This document shows, piece after piece, positions 13,172 to 23,677 of a DNA stretch of 64,000 bases. The notes under the pieces are model-generated. The model was not told the DNA's origin, ran no database searches, and saw only the letters and a program-made list of their open reading frames with translations. Position 1 is the stretch's first letter. Each line of letters starts with the position of its first letter. The DNA is from Octopus vulgaris (taxonomy: Eukaryota): the NCBI GenBank assembly GCA_951406725.2, contig OX597819.1:4836001-4900000 (forward strand), given 5' to 3'. A program made the translations under genes and the position numbers.

Positions 13172-13972
13172 TATCAGGTCATTCCATATATAATGCAGCT
13201 TTTTCAGTTGCATGAACTAAAAGTCAGAGGGGGATATGATAAACTGCCTGCATCAACTTGCTATAAAAGCAGGTAGTAATTTTACTTTGTACTTGTTCTT
13301 AGTGCGATTTTTGAAGAGTGCAGTTCGATTTTAGCAGTTATACAGTTATTTTTTCAAAGCTGTAATGGAAATGACAAAGCATATTTGGCATATTTTGCTT
13401 TGTGAGTTCAATAAAGATAACAATACAACAGAAACTGTGAGGAATATTAATGCAATATATGGGGACAGGTGAATTTTGGAAGAGGAGCCTTGCAAGTCTA
13501 CCAGATAGATGGAAGAGCATTGTAGAAAATGAAGGAGAGTATGTTTTAGATTAAAAAAGAACTTTGTTTCCATGATCACTGAAGATTTGGGTATGAGACG
13601 CATGTCTGCCAAGTTTCTGCGAAAGCTGCTTTCAGTTGACCAAAAAGACACTCAGGTTTCAGTTGCACAAGATCTTGATTGTGCCGAGAACAATGAAATC
13701 TTTTTGAAAAATTTGCATAGGCCTCTGAGCAGGTATTGCCAAGCTTTTGGCAAAATTTGTTCTACTTTCTCTGTCATGGTCAATGCGATGATCACACGCT
13801 ACACACCTTCCTTCCAAGCACTGCTGTAAACAGCAGAAGTGAGCTAGAATATCAAAACTTAGTGTGCATGCACAGCAGAGTTGAAGGGCAATCTGCAGCA
13901 AGCAGTTTCACTCTGCATACTTTAACTTCGTTACTATGGCAACAGTCTGGATGCTTATTGATCAGATTATGT
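13172..13972 (+). mobile_element. Degenerate Tc1/mariner element with a transposase HTH fragment
   Basis: ITEDLGMRRMSAKFLRKLLSVDQK matches the mariner linker (LGMRKxxAKWVPxxL); boundaries approximate. Confidence 0.7.
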
Positions 13973-14355
13973 ATGTGTGTATATACATATATATAGATAT
14001 ATACTTGAATATTCATCATCTGAAAATTTTCAGTCTTTTTTTCCTCTCTATTTACATGTATACATGTATATATCTTTTGGTACATCAAACCCAAGCAGCT
14101 TTATTTGTTTATTTGCATCATTGTCTCCATATCTGCTCACCTGGATTCCTCTTATAGCCATTCTTAACTCAACAGACTTGGTTTGGGAATGTAAGTTCAA
14201 ACCACAAAGTATTTTCTATATTGAGAAGCTCTGGATCTCATCTGTTGACTCTATTCATGTTTATATAAATTTGTTTTCTACCACATCACCTTTGCCACAC
14301 ATGTCTGAGTGGTCTCAGCATCGAGGGTAATGTCTTTAGTAGAGGGATGCATTGT

Positions 14356-14648
14356 GGAGGCACATGGCCTAGTGGTTAGAGCAGCGGACTCGCAGTCGAG
14401 GGATCGCGGGTTTGAATCTCAGACTGGGCGATGTGTATGTTTATGAGCGAAACACCTAAGCTCCACGCGGCTCCGGCAGAAAGTAATGGCGAACTTCTGC
14501 TGACTCTTTCGCCACAACTTTCTCTCACTCTTTCCTCTTGCATCTTGCAGCTCACCTGCGATGGACCGGCATCCCGTCCAGGTGGGGAACCTATATGCCA
14601 AGGAAACCAGCCCTTATGAGCCAGGCATGGCTTGAGAAGGAACAAACA
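14356..14648 (+). mobile_element. tRNA-derived SINE (family C)
   Basis: Head GGAGGCACATGGCCTAGTGGTTAGAGCAGCGGACTCGC...GGTTTGAATC and an (AAAC) tail; flanked by repeated AGAGGGATGCATTG (14341 and 14653), consistent with a TSD. Confidence 0.8.
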
Positions 14649-14719
14649 AAATAGAGGGATGCATTGCTAGTGGTGGTGGTGGTGGTGGACTTTGTAATTT
14701 CGTTCTGTTGTTGTTGTTG

Positions 14720-16300
14720 TTTGGGGGGCTTTCAATTGCTGTTGTTGTTGTTGGTTATGTGGTAGTATTGTGAAGGCAGTGTTTCTTTGTTTTTGTCACA
14801 GTTGCTGTCATTGCTGCTGTTCTGGCTGCACGTTTCCTTTGGCATTGTTGCAGTTGACATTGTTATTGTTATAGTGATAGTGTCAACAGAAGTAGGGGTC
14901 TTCATTCTTTTCCTTTTGTTATAACCAAAAGGCCTTGAGGGGATTTGTGACGCCACACAAATTACACTTTCACTTTTTGCCCTCAGCAGTCACATACAGT
15001 TGTGAGTCATCTTGCAGGCTGTTCAGGTCTGAGATGGGTTCCTTACTGTCATGATCCAGTTAGATCAATAGCTCTATCTGTTGACCAGTCTAATTTTGTT
15101 CCTGCAGCCTCTGGACCTGTAGAATACTAGTGCTGTCATCTTTGTGAAAAAGGACGACTGAAACCAGCCAATAGATGGTTATTTCTGAGGGTTCATCTAT
15201 TACCTTTATTATTACTACTCTACAGGTCGATTGATATGAGGACCAATCCGTCTCTCATTGGGGTTGTTCTGGATTGTCTCCTGGTCTTATCTTCTGTCGT
15301 AAATCCCACCTCTACTATGCAGTATTCCCACCCCAACCCCTAATGACAAAGCACTTTTCTATTTGCTGCTCTATTGCTCTATTTTCTGACATTTCTTTAA
15401 AATTTATATATAAAGACTAGCAGTATTGCCCGGCGTTGCTCGGGTTTGTAAGGGAAATAACTATATAAGCATTTTTAGAGAGTTATAGCCAAAAAATAGC
15501 AAAAAAATGCATTAAAAATGGAAAAAAAATTATGGTAAATTTTTTTTTAAATCGTTGACTCATCGTAGACATTTTTAGAGAGTTACTTCCCTTATATAAT
15601 AGCGAAAAAAATGAATTAAAATGGAAAAAAATGATGGTAAATTTTTTTTAAAATCGTAGACGCGCACTAATACCCAGAAGGGCTCGATATGAATCATGAC
15701 TATAAGATACCCGGTTTTGGTTAAACTGCACCGCAAAATGTGGGAGAAGTTAGGAATCTAAATCGTAGGAGACAGACACACAACCTCACTTTTATATATA
15801 AAGATATAAACAAAAGTCTTGAGGCTGTTTTTTCACTAAATGGATTCCAATAAAAACTATGTTTTGGCTCAACCATATAAGGATATTGTTTGCATTTTTT
15901 TTTTAATCTTGCGATAATTAAATTTTTTTTTTTATTTGGCAGACACTTCCAACACAAGTTTTGCAAGTCATGTTTGCTTGATTTTTTTCTTTTTCTTGTT
16001 TTACTTTGTTCATTTTAATGATTGTGATGGTAGCAGGAATGGAATTTGCAGGTGTGTTGAAATAACATTTTAATTTCTCGTTTTTCTGTTCTTCATTCTC
16101 ATTTTTGTGGTTGTTTTCATTTTTTTGTTGCTTGCATTTTCAATATTGTTGTCATGGTTTCAGTTAGCACTGGCAGTAGCAGTAGTAGTGGGCATGGTGG
16201 TACTTTGTTTTAATGAGCAGGTTTTGTCAAAAAGATTCCTTCGATCTGTGATTACACAACCCAGACATTTTACTGGAAAACTTAACGCCATGCTGTCTAG
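14720..16300 (-). mobile_element. Highly degenerate LINE ORF1-like remnant interrupted by a Helitron
   Basis: The minus strand at 15130-15400 reads ...IKVIDEPSEITIYWLVSVVL, similar to IVRVEELPPDIEVAWIAAAVL at 18860; boundaries loose. Confidence 0.4.
15417..15804 (-). mobile_element. Non-autonomous Helitron (family H1)
   Basis: On -: 5' TCTTTATATATAAAAG...; 3' hairpin CCCGAGCAACGCCGGG, then CTAG; inserted between A and T with no TSD. Four related copies in the window. Confidence 0.9.
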
Positions 16301-16689
16301 AAACTTTTAAAGAAATGAATAATTTTTACAAAATTAAGCAGAACTCTCTAAGAACTCTCCACTAAGGGCAAAAATACAATGAAGTTGGGCACCTACTCAG
16401 AACCTTTGGGAGTTTGTGTAACACTCAGAATGAAAACTTTGAACATATATCTTCAGAAGACACTTAAAATAAAACAAAACCTACAAGTGCTGTGTTTCTG
16501 ATACCACACAACAACAAAAATAATAATGGTTTCTTTCATTTGCCACAGGGGCAAAAATGAGGGGTACATCAAATGGACAGTCTACAATTTGTGTTGGGTG
16601 TTTACATAAAAGATATGGGGAAAGAAAAGGAAAAGACAGTGAAATCAGATAAAAATTTACTTTATATAGAAAGTATGTGAACATATGAA

Positions 16690-17165
16690 TGATGCAATCC
16701 TCCTAACTAAGGAAAACCTCCAACTAGGGCTAATTAAGGAACCCAACAGATCTAGGATTACCCTATCAAATTCACAAGCCCTGTTCTCCAATCTACAGAT
16801 GCATGCTTGGAGCAGATCCATTCACCCAAACCATTTTTACCTCAATCACTCATCTTTTCATAAATTCACTGGGGGGTAGCACTTCCCTCTCCACCCTCAC
16901 TTTCCTTTTTAAGTGGAACTTAGAAAAGTTGATGAGGGCTTGGCCAAAGAGGAAGGTGTCTCTTTTCAATCCTTTCAACCTCATCCACCACACACTCTCT
17001 TTCACCATAGCCACTATGCAGAGGAACACCACATGCCCTGCCTTCATAAAGGTGCATGGCGGGGTAGTTCTCATGATGGACTCAGCCAATGATATGATTT
17101 GTCCTATATGCAACAACAGAAGTTTGACATAACTCCACAAGCCAGCAATGCTCAGACACCACACA
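16690..17165 (-). mobile_element. L1/Tx1-like LINE ORF2 C-terminal fragment
   Basis: ...MVKESVWWMRLKGLKRDTFLFGQALINFSKFHLKRKVRVEREVL resembles the Tx1/L1 ORF2 tail. Confidence 0.5.
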
Positions 17166-17379
17166 AGTATATGCAGTAAGATTTTGTTGTTATCTGACCG
17201 TGGACAGTGAAAGGTTTCAAAGTTATGAGATATAATGAGAGAATAGAAGAAAAGAAAAGGTTAACATTTCCATCTCATTTTATGCGTTAAAAAAACTACT
17301 CAGAAAAAACTGCAAGAAATGAAAAATTTTTGGTGGCCAAAAAAAAAAAAAATGCCCAAGAATTGGAACAGGCTGCTAA

Positions 17380-17950
17380 CTCTCAAAAATTGAGAGCATT
17401 GTATGAACTGGATCTGTTTCCCAACAGTTCAAAGATGCTTCTATAATGCAATTGTACAAAAACAAGGGGAAGAAGAGGGCGTGTGATAATCGCAGGGTAA
17501 TAACTTTTTGCACATAGCTGGAAAATCTTTGCGTGGGTGATCCTTAACCGCATCAATGAGCGTGTAGTAAACAACATGTATCCTGAATCCAAATGTGGAT
17601 TGCTGGCTTGGCACACTTGACATAATTTTTATCCTTTAGCAAGTTCAAGAAAAACCACATGGGCAAAATACTGACTTGTACATGGTCTTTGTTGATTTGA
17701 CAAAGGCTTTTGTTGCAGTGAATCATGAGGCGCTTTAGAAAATTTGGTCAAAAGTTGGTCTTCCTGATAAAATGATAGGAGTAATAGTACCTCTGTACAA
17801 AGGAATGATAGCAACAGTCATATTTAGTAGTCAATGTTCAGAGGCATTTTCTGTTTCTGCCGGAACCAAACTCAGCAGTGTTTTAGCTTCTATACTTTTT
17901 TCCATAATCTTTTCAACGATGGTGAAGCACGATCTTGAAACGTTGGGCTT
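17380..17950 (+). mobile_element. RTE-type LINE reverse transcriptase remnant
   Basis: Broken frames carry LYKNKG...CDNRR, GKIFAWVILNR, YPESKCG, FVDLTKAF and SVLASILFSI. Confidence 0.7.
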
Positions 17951-18224
17951 CATAGAAGCAATGACAAGACCTTTGGAGATGTGCTGTGCTTGTGAAGACT
18001 CAGCAAACCAAGTGAGATTGTAGCCATGGCCAATGTCAGTATCACATAACCAGCCCATTTAATGTGGTCAATGCCAGTGCCACCTGACTGGCCCCTGTGC
18101 TGGTGACACATACAAAGCAACCACTACACTCCCAGAGTGGTTGGCATTAGGAAGGGCATCATCCAGCTTTGCTAGATCTGACTGGAGCCTGGTGCATCCT
18201 CCTGGCTTGTCAAACTGTCTAACC

Positions 18225-18810
18225 CAGGGGTGGGCAAACTATGATCCACGGGCCACATGCGGCCCGCCATAGGTTTTCATGCGGCCCGCCAAGAGCTTTT
18301 ATGAATCCCAACTTCTATGCAGATACTTTGTAACTGTTTCAGTTGTACGGTAATTCACAATAGTTTGCATTTTATTTCAGTTCACTGTTTCGCGCCTTCA
18401 CAAAATTGTCCGCTGTTTGTTTGTTTCAGCTACTGTGAAGCGATGAAAAATTTCAAGAAATATTCCCATGACATCATAATAAAACACAATTCCGGGTGAA
18501 GATATGGTTGTCCATAATATTAAGAGGTGGTTGTCCACAATTAGTGCAGATTTTACTAGGAAAATTCCGTTCCTGACAATTTGTAAGCAATAACAGGCTG
18601 TCCAAAATAACCGAGGTTCCTGTAATAATTTCAACTATAGGAGCAAATAACCGAAAAACATGAACCCGATACTCTAAAAAAATAAATTAAATCACTTAAA
18701 CCAGGAATATTTCACAAAATTTCCTTTCAATCAATTGTGTGTTTATAGGTCTATAACCGCCTTTAAAAATATTTTCACTTGATTTTTATAAATGAGGCCC
18801 GCCAAGGTTC
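18225..18810 (+). mobile_element. hAT (Charlie/SPIN-like) non-autonomous fragment
   Basis: Left end CAGGGGTGGGCAAACTATGATCCACGGGCCACATGCGGCCCGCC with repeated GCGGCCCGCC subterminal motifs; right TIR not seen. Confidence 0.6.
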
Positions 18811-18814
18811 CAAA

Positions 18815-19400
18815 GACGCACTGTGCGGCCACTTACCTTGGAAGAAAGACTTCTATAGTCAGGGTAGAAGAACTCCCACCTGATATAGAAGTGGCTTGGA
18901 TTGCAGCAGCCGTCCTCGTTGGTAGTGGGGAGGAGGTGGCTGTCCTCCAAGCCACAGAGATGGAGGAAGGAGGATATAAAGAAAAAACATTGGAAATCAT
19001 CATACATGCGGAGGCGAAGCAACTGTAAAATTTGGCAGAGACGGTGATGTTGGGAGAAATAGTATTGAGAGTATGGGTAGAGGCCAGAGTTCCGCAATGC
19101 TTTAAATGTGGCCAGTAAGACCACATTAGAGCTCACTGCCCTCTACAGAGGAAAATGACAGAAGCAGTGCTGGAGATGGAGGAGAAAAAGGAAGAAGTAC
19201 AGATAGATTGAAGGAACAAGGAAGATGAATGAACAGTGAAAGAGAAAGAAGAGGAAGAACAGTCATGTGATGTGGGACCCCAGACTAATTCCATCCCACC
19301 CAAGACCACTCAGACTTACCCTCCCCATACAAACACCAAACCCACCCCTCCCTCTCCCCACAGGCAAAAATAAGAAAGAACAGACATCACAAAATTTACA
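18815..19400 (+). mobile_element. LINE gag-like ORF1 remnant
   Basis: ATYLGRKTSIVRVEELPPDIEVAWI and a zinc knuckle EARVPQCFKCGQ*DHIRAHC; disrupted. Confidence 0.65.
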
Positions 19401-19431
19401 AGACCCCTCCCCTGGTGAAAAAGGCTACATG

Positions 19432-19709
19432 TGTGGGATGACGTCAGCAGCTGGGGAGCTGACCGGAACTTGGGGCTGACCGGAAGGGGCAGGAGTGACG
19501 CGCATGCAGGCAGTGCAGGATTCATCCTTTTCAATCGAGGTCACCGAGGGAGTAAGACGCGTGAGCACGTTGTTAAGGTAGGGTTGAAGCAGCTGCTATT
19601 TCTAGTGTTCGGGTCGGGCTGCATTGAAGGATCCGTTACCGCTGAAGGGTCTCCGTCTGAGAGAAGAGAAGGTAGGTGCCTTTATTTCGAATCTCTCGCA
19701 CACACCACA
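19432..19709 (+). mobile_element. Solo LTR of the Gypsy-like family
   Basis: TGTGG...CCACA termini, homology to 4977-5241, and flanks ACATG/ACAGG (5-bp TSD with one mismatch). Confidence 0.85.
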
Positions 19710-20253
19710 ACAGGAACATGGAGGAGAGAGTGTTGTCACTCAGTGATGGGGAAAACAGTAAACGAAAGACTAGATCAAGGACTAAAGAGGACTCAGGACT
19801 CAGAGGTGGCGAATGGTGTTACTCAGTGTGGGGTGAGTAACACACTTTTCATATTCTCATTTCTCAAGTTATCATTCATGTATCATTATTTTAATATTTT
19901 GATTTTAATGTGTTTCATATTCATTTACATGTGTTGTAGTGACCCCTCTATTTAATGCCTTTCTGGTAATTTATAAGAAATAAAGAAGTTTGCCTCCCCC
20001 ACATAGATCCAGGTTCAGTCCTACTGTGTAGCACCTTGAGGAAGAGTTCTCTACTATATCCTTGGGCCAACCAAAGCCTTGAGTGAATTTGGTAGACGGA
20101 AACTAAAGGACCATCAAATATATAAATGTATGTGTATGTGTGTCTTTGTGTCTGTTCGCCCCCACCACCGCCACTTGACCACTGATGTTGGTGTGTTTAT
20201 GTCCCCATAACTTGGGGACTCCTCGTGGTCGCAGTCTGAATCAAGAATATATA

Positions 20254-20650
20254 TCTTTATATATAAAAGTGAAGTTGTGTGTCTGTCTCCTACGATTTAG
20301 ATTCCTAACTACTCCCACATTTTACGGTGCAGTTTAACCAAAACCGGGTATCTTATAGTCGTGATTCATATCGAGCCCTTCAGGGTATTAGCACGCGTCT
20401 ACGATGAGTCTACGATTTAAAAAAAAAATTACCATCATTTTTTCCATTTTAATGCATTTTTTCGCTATTATATAAGGGAAGTAACTCTCTAAAAATGTCT
20501 ACGATGAGTCAACGATTTAAAAAAAAATTTACCATAATTTTTTTTCCATTTTTAATGCATTTTTTTGCTATTCTTTGGCTATAACTCTCTAAAAATGCTT
20601 ATATAGTTATTTCCCTTACAAACCCGAGCAACGCCGGGCGATACTGTTAG
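20254..20650 (+). mobile_element. Non-autonomous Helitron (family H1)
   Basis: A|TCTTTATATATAAAAG...CCCGAGCAACGCCGGGCGATACTGTTAG|T; near reverse complement of 15417-15804. Confidence 0.9.
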
Positions 20651-21152
20651 TATATATATATAATGCTAATAAGACGCAAATACATTTTAGGAAATCTATT
20701 TGCAACAAAAATAAATTTCCTAAAATTTTTTCCCACCATATGCTCTATTGAAAATTTACTTTGTTCTAGAATTAAAAATACTAAATTAACAACATTATGA
20801 CCCTGAATGTGAAATGGACAGGTATTAATGTTGATTATAAATACACCAACTTTCGTCAATAAAAGTCATGATTATTTATGTCATGAAATTTTGTCTCCAC
20901 TTTTGACATTGCTAATTAATTTATCAGCAGAAATCAAACTTCTCCAAATGCTGGAAACTTAAAACACAGCGTTATCTTCGCACTCAGTATGCTCTGCTGC
21001 AGCTATGTTTTAGAAATGTTTGCTTATAATTGTATTATCATATAATTTAATATTTTAAAACAGTAATTTGTGTTTCACTTTCTATTTTAATTCATAATAA
21101 TAAAACGCAACTGATCGCGTGAATAACTCTTTAGCTTTCTTTCTCTCTTGGC

Positions 21153-21161
21153 TGATGCAAT
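21153..21161 (+). promoter_or_regulatory. C/EBP-ATF response element (CARE/AARE, ATF4-type site)
   Basis: Exact TGATGCAAT about 250 bp upstream of the predicted PPP1R15 TSS; fits the ATF4 consensus TGATGxAAx. Confidence 0.55.
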
Positions 21162-21379
21162 AACCGGGCAGCCATGTTAAATTTTCAAAATTTCGTTTTC
21201 GTCGACAGGAAATAATTTGTGGAAATTTTTTTTGTTTTTCATATAATTTAATAGTAGAGTTCATATTAGTTACTTTAAAATGCAAAGTCTAGTATTTTTT
21301 GAAAATGAGAAATTTTAGTTATTTTTGATTTTTAGTGTGGAACTATTTTCTGTACCTGATTAAAAATCAATGCGCCGAC

Positions 21380-21414
21380 TATAAATAGCGCGACTTCCGT
21401 CGACCGCGTCACTC
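21380..21414 (+). promoter_or_regulatory. Predicted PPP1R15 core promoter: TATA box and initiator
   Basis: TATAAATA at 21380-21387 in a CpG-rich patch; Inr-like TCACTC at 21409-21414, ~30 bp downstream. Confidence 0.6.
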
Positions 21415-21421
21415 ACAAAAT

Positions 21422-21451
21422 ATGAAAGGAATACAAATGCTTCGTGATTAA
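21422..21451 (+). other. uORF1 (MKGIQMLRD*) in the predicted PPP1R15 5' leader
   Basis: ATG at 21422 to TAA at 21449-21451; depends on the TSS call. Confidence 0.5.
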
Positions 21452-21494
21452 ATCTTCTCCGCTCAATAATTTCGACAATCGATACTTTTGTTTC

Positions 21495-21803
21495 ATGCAA
21501 AGTCTACTTTCTCTAATTGGATTTATATTTATCACAGAAATGGATGTATTATGTTCCGCACTATGCTCAGATCTTGATTTTTCGTCTACTTTGTTCGCCG
21601 ATGACTTTAAACATTTCAGCTCAACTGAAAATGACGATTCTCAATATTTCATGACAAAAGTCAATTACACAGATGAATACTGGAATAAACTCGATAGATA
21701 TTGGCTCCAATATTCCTTTCCACCCTGTCACAAACTCCACAAAAACACTTCTGATGTTACATTCGTTGACCATCACCAAAACTGCATTCAAAACAATTTC
21801 TGA
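21495..21803 (+). other. Long uORF2 (102 aa) ending 55 nt before the main PPP1R15 ATG
   Basis: ATG at 21495, in-frame GAAATGG at 21540, TGA at 21801-21803; different frame from the main ORF. Confidence 0.45.
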
Positions 21804-21858
21804 AAAAACACATCTTAATCGCATTTGATTATTGGATTTAATTGGATTTCGCATCGCA

Positions 21859-22812
21859 ATGGCACCACCTGCTTTAATAAATCCATTTAGTTCTTACGAA
21901 GCATGTCATGAGATGGCGGGTCCTGAAGTGTGTCAGCTGAGGACGACGACGGCACCCAGGGAAGGAGACTTCACTTATTGCGGCTCCCCAGAATCGTCCA
22001 AAGTCGATTCCCTGATAGACTTTATTGCCAAGTTAAGTGTCGTGCATTTACAAAGACATATGCTGTTTATGCAGCTCAACTGCGGCGACTGCACCCACAG
22101 CAACATAAGCCGTATATTGAACACAAAAAACATTGAGATGAACCGACAGCATGCGAAGTCCGCGGACGGTGGTCCCATTGCCAACCCCGTCCTGTTCACC
22201 CCTGTAAACGATGATCTTAATTGCCCCCCATTCGACTTAGCTATTGAATACGATAGTCTTATTAGTGAATCTAACTCGTTAGAAAACCCTTCAGACGAAG
22301 AAGTATTCCCCCAGGAAAGCGAGTACGACTGGTCATTCAGTCCGAGCAACAAAAGTCCAATGAACTCCACTAATTTAGACTCTTTTTCTGATCTGCACAG
22401 CTCTGTTCATGATGGCCAGGACAGCGATGATGATGGACATTTCTCTTTTGATGATGCGAGCAGTGAGGAAAACTGGGATTTTAGTTCAGACCCAATTTGT
22501 AACGGTTTACCCTGTACCAAAGACGTTCCATTTTGGAAAACCGTTTTCCAGCTGGTGGACAGCGATGAGGATGATGATGATGAGTGTGATAGTGATGATT
22601 GTGTGAGTGATGATGACTGCGATAGAAACTACGATGATGATATCTTGTTCTCTGATACTCCTTGCTTTTCTTTCAATAAACTGTTTGAAAATACTCAAAA
22701 TACAAAAACTGAAACTACAGACTCCGTTATTCCGAATTCCGTCGGAAAAGCCAACCACAGATGGAACCAAGTCTATCCGGACACCGACACACAACATCAA
22801 AAAGCTTCTAAG
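21859..22812 (+). CDS. PPP1R15: Protein phosphatase 1 regulatory subunit 15 (GADD34/CReP-like), coding exon 1
   Basis: GCAATGG start; 318 codons, with an acidic Asp/Ser-rich PEST-like region; ends ...QKASK at the AAG|GTAGAA donor, in phase 0 with exon 2. Confidence 0.85.
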
Positions 22813-23677
22813 GTAGAATATTTTTATTACTTCCTTAAAAATTTCACGCCAACATATATTGTAATTCCTTTTCTGTAAACTATTGAATGCCATATGTTGT
22901 ATATTTGAATATTATACGAATTAATCTAATTTTTATTTCTCTTTATATTAGCAGCTGGGTTCTTTCAATCAGCATTTCTTACATTTGCCCTGTAATTTCA
23001 AACTGTTTTTCACCTAAATTGCTTTAATTGCAGTTGTTCATTCACTTTTGGTGGGAGAAAATCATGTGAAACGTTTGTTCAACCTATTTTAAGCTGATCT
23101 AATAACAGTTCACAAAGCGGAATATAATTCCGTGACCCTCAAACGGATGCAGCATTTTGCATGTCCTCCTCTTCGACTGACTACGATTTTTTTGTCTTTT
23201 TTTTATCAGATTAAGGGTCGAGCTGGGGATTTTGGGGTTCCCTCCTATCTCTCCCTCATTAGGATTTCTATTAATACTAATTAACATTAATGTTAGCTAA
23301 TCAATGGAAATAACTCTTTTCAAAGTACATAGTCCGAGCTCAAAGACCGGGGGGTTTTTTTTGTTTTTTTTTAGAATTCCAATTTTTCGTGTTGACAGCA
23401 AAAAAAACCCGAAGAAATTATCGAAAAGTAAAAATGGCGCCGGTGAATTTCTTCGACATTTTTTAATTTTGGGGGGAAAGTAGGGCGCGCACTTGACACG
23501 TTCAAAAGATATTCCTGCGCAGTTTAACCGCAGCACACACTGTCTAAATGAATTCCTCCGCAGCCACCATCTCTTACACTTTCAATATATTAATCAAGCA
23601 CTCCCTCTATTTAAATTATTTGTCTTCTTTTGTGTAAACATTGAAAGAAAGGCTGCTTTTTTTTTAATATATAAAAA

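Noticed and set aside
14356-14430. tRNA-like sequences here and at 48698, 55976 and 59003
   Set aside because: These are SINE heads that continue into SINE bodies and lack a complete acceptor stem, so I do not call them tRNA genes.
21832-22878. ORF-track 348-aa single-exon protein
   Set aside because: It starts at TTG and runs past the splice donor; the spliced model from ATG 21859 restores the KVRF motif and the family domain.
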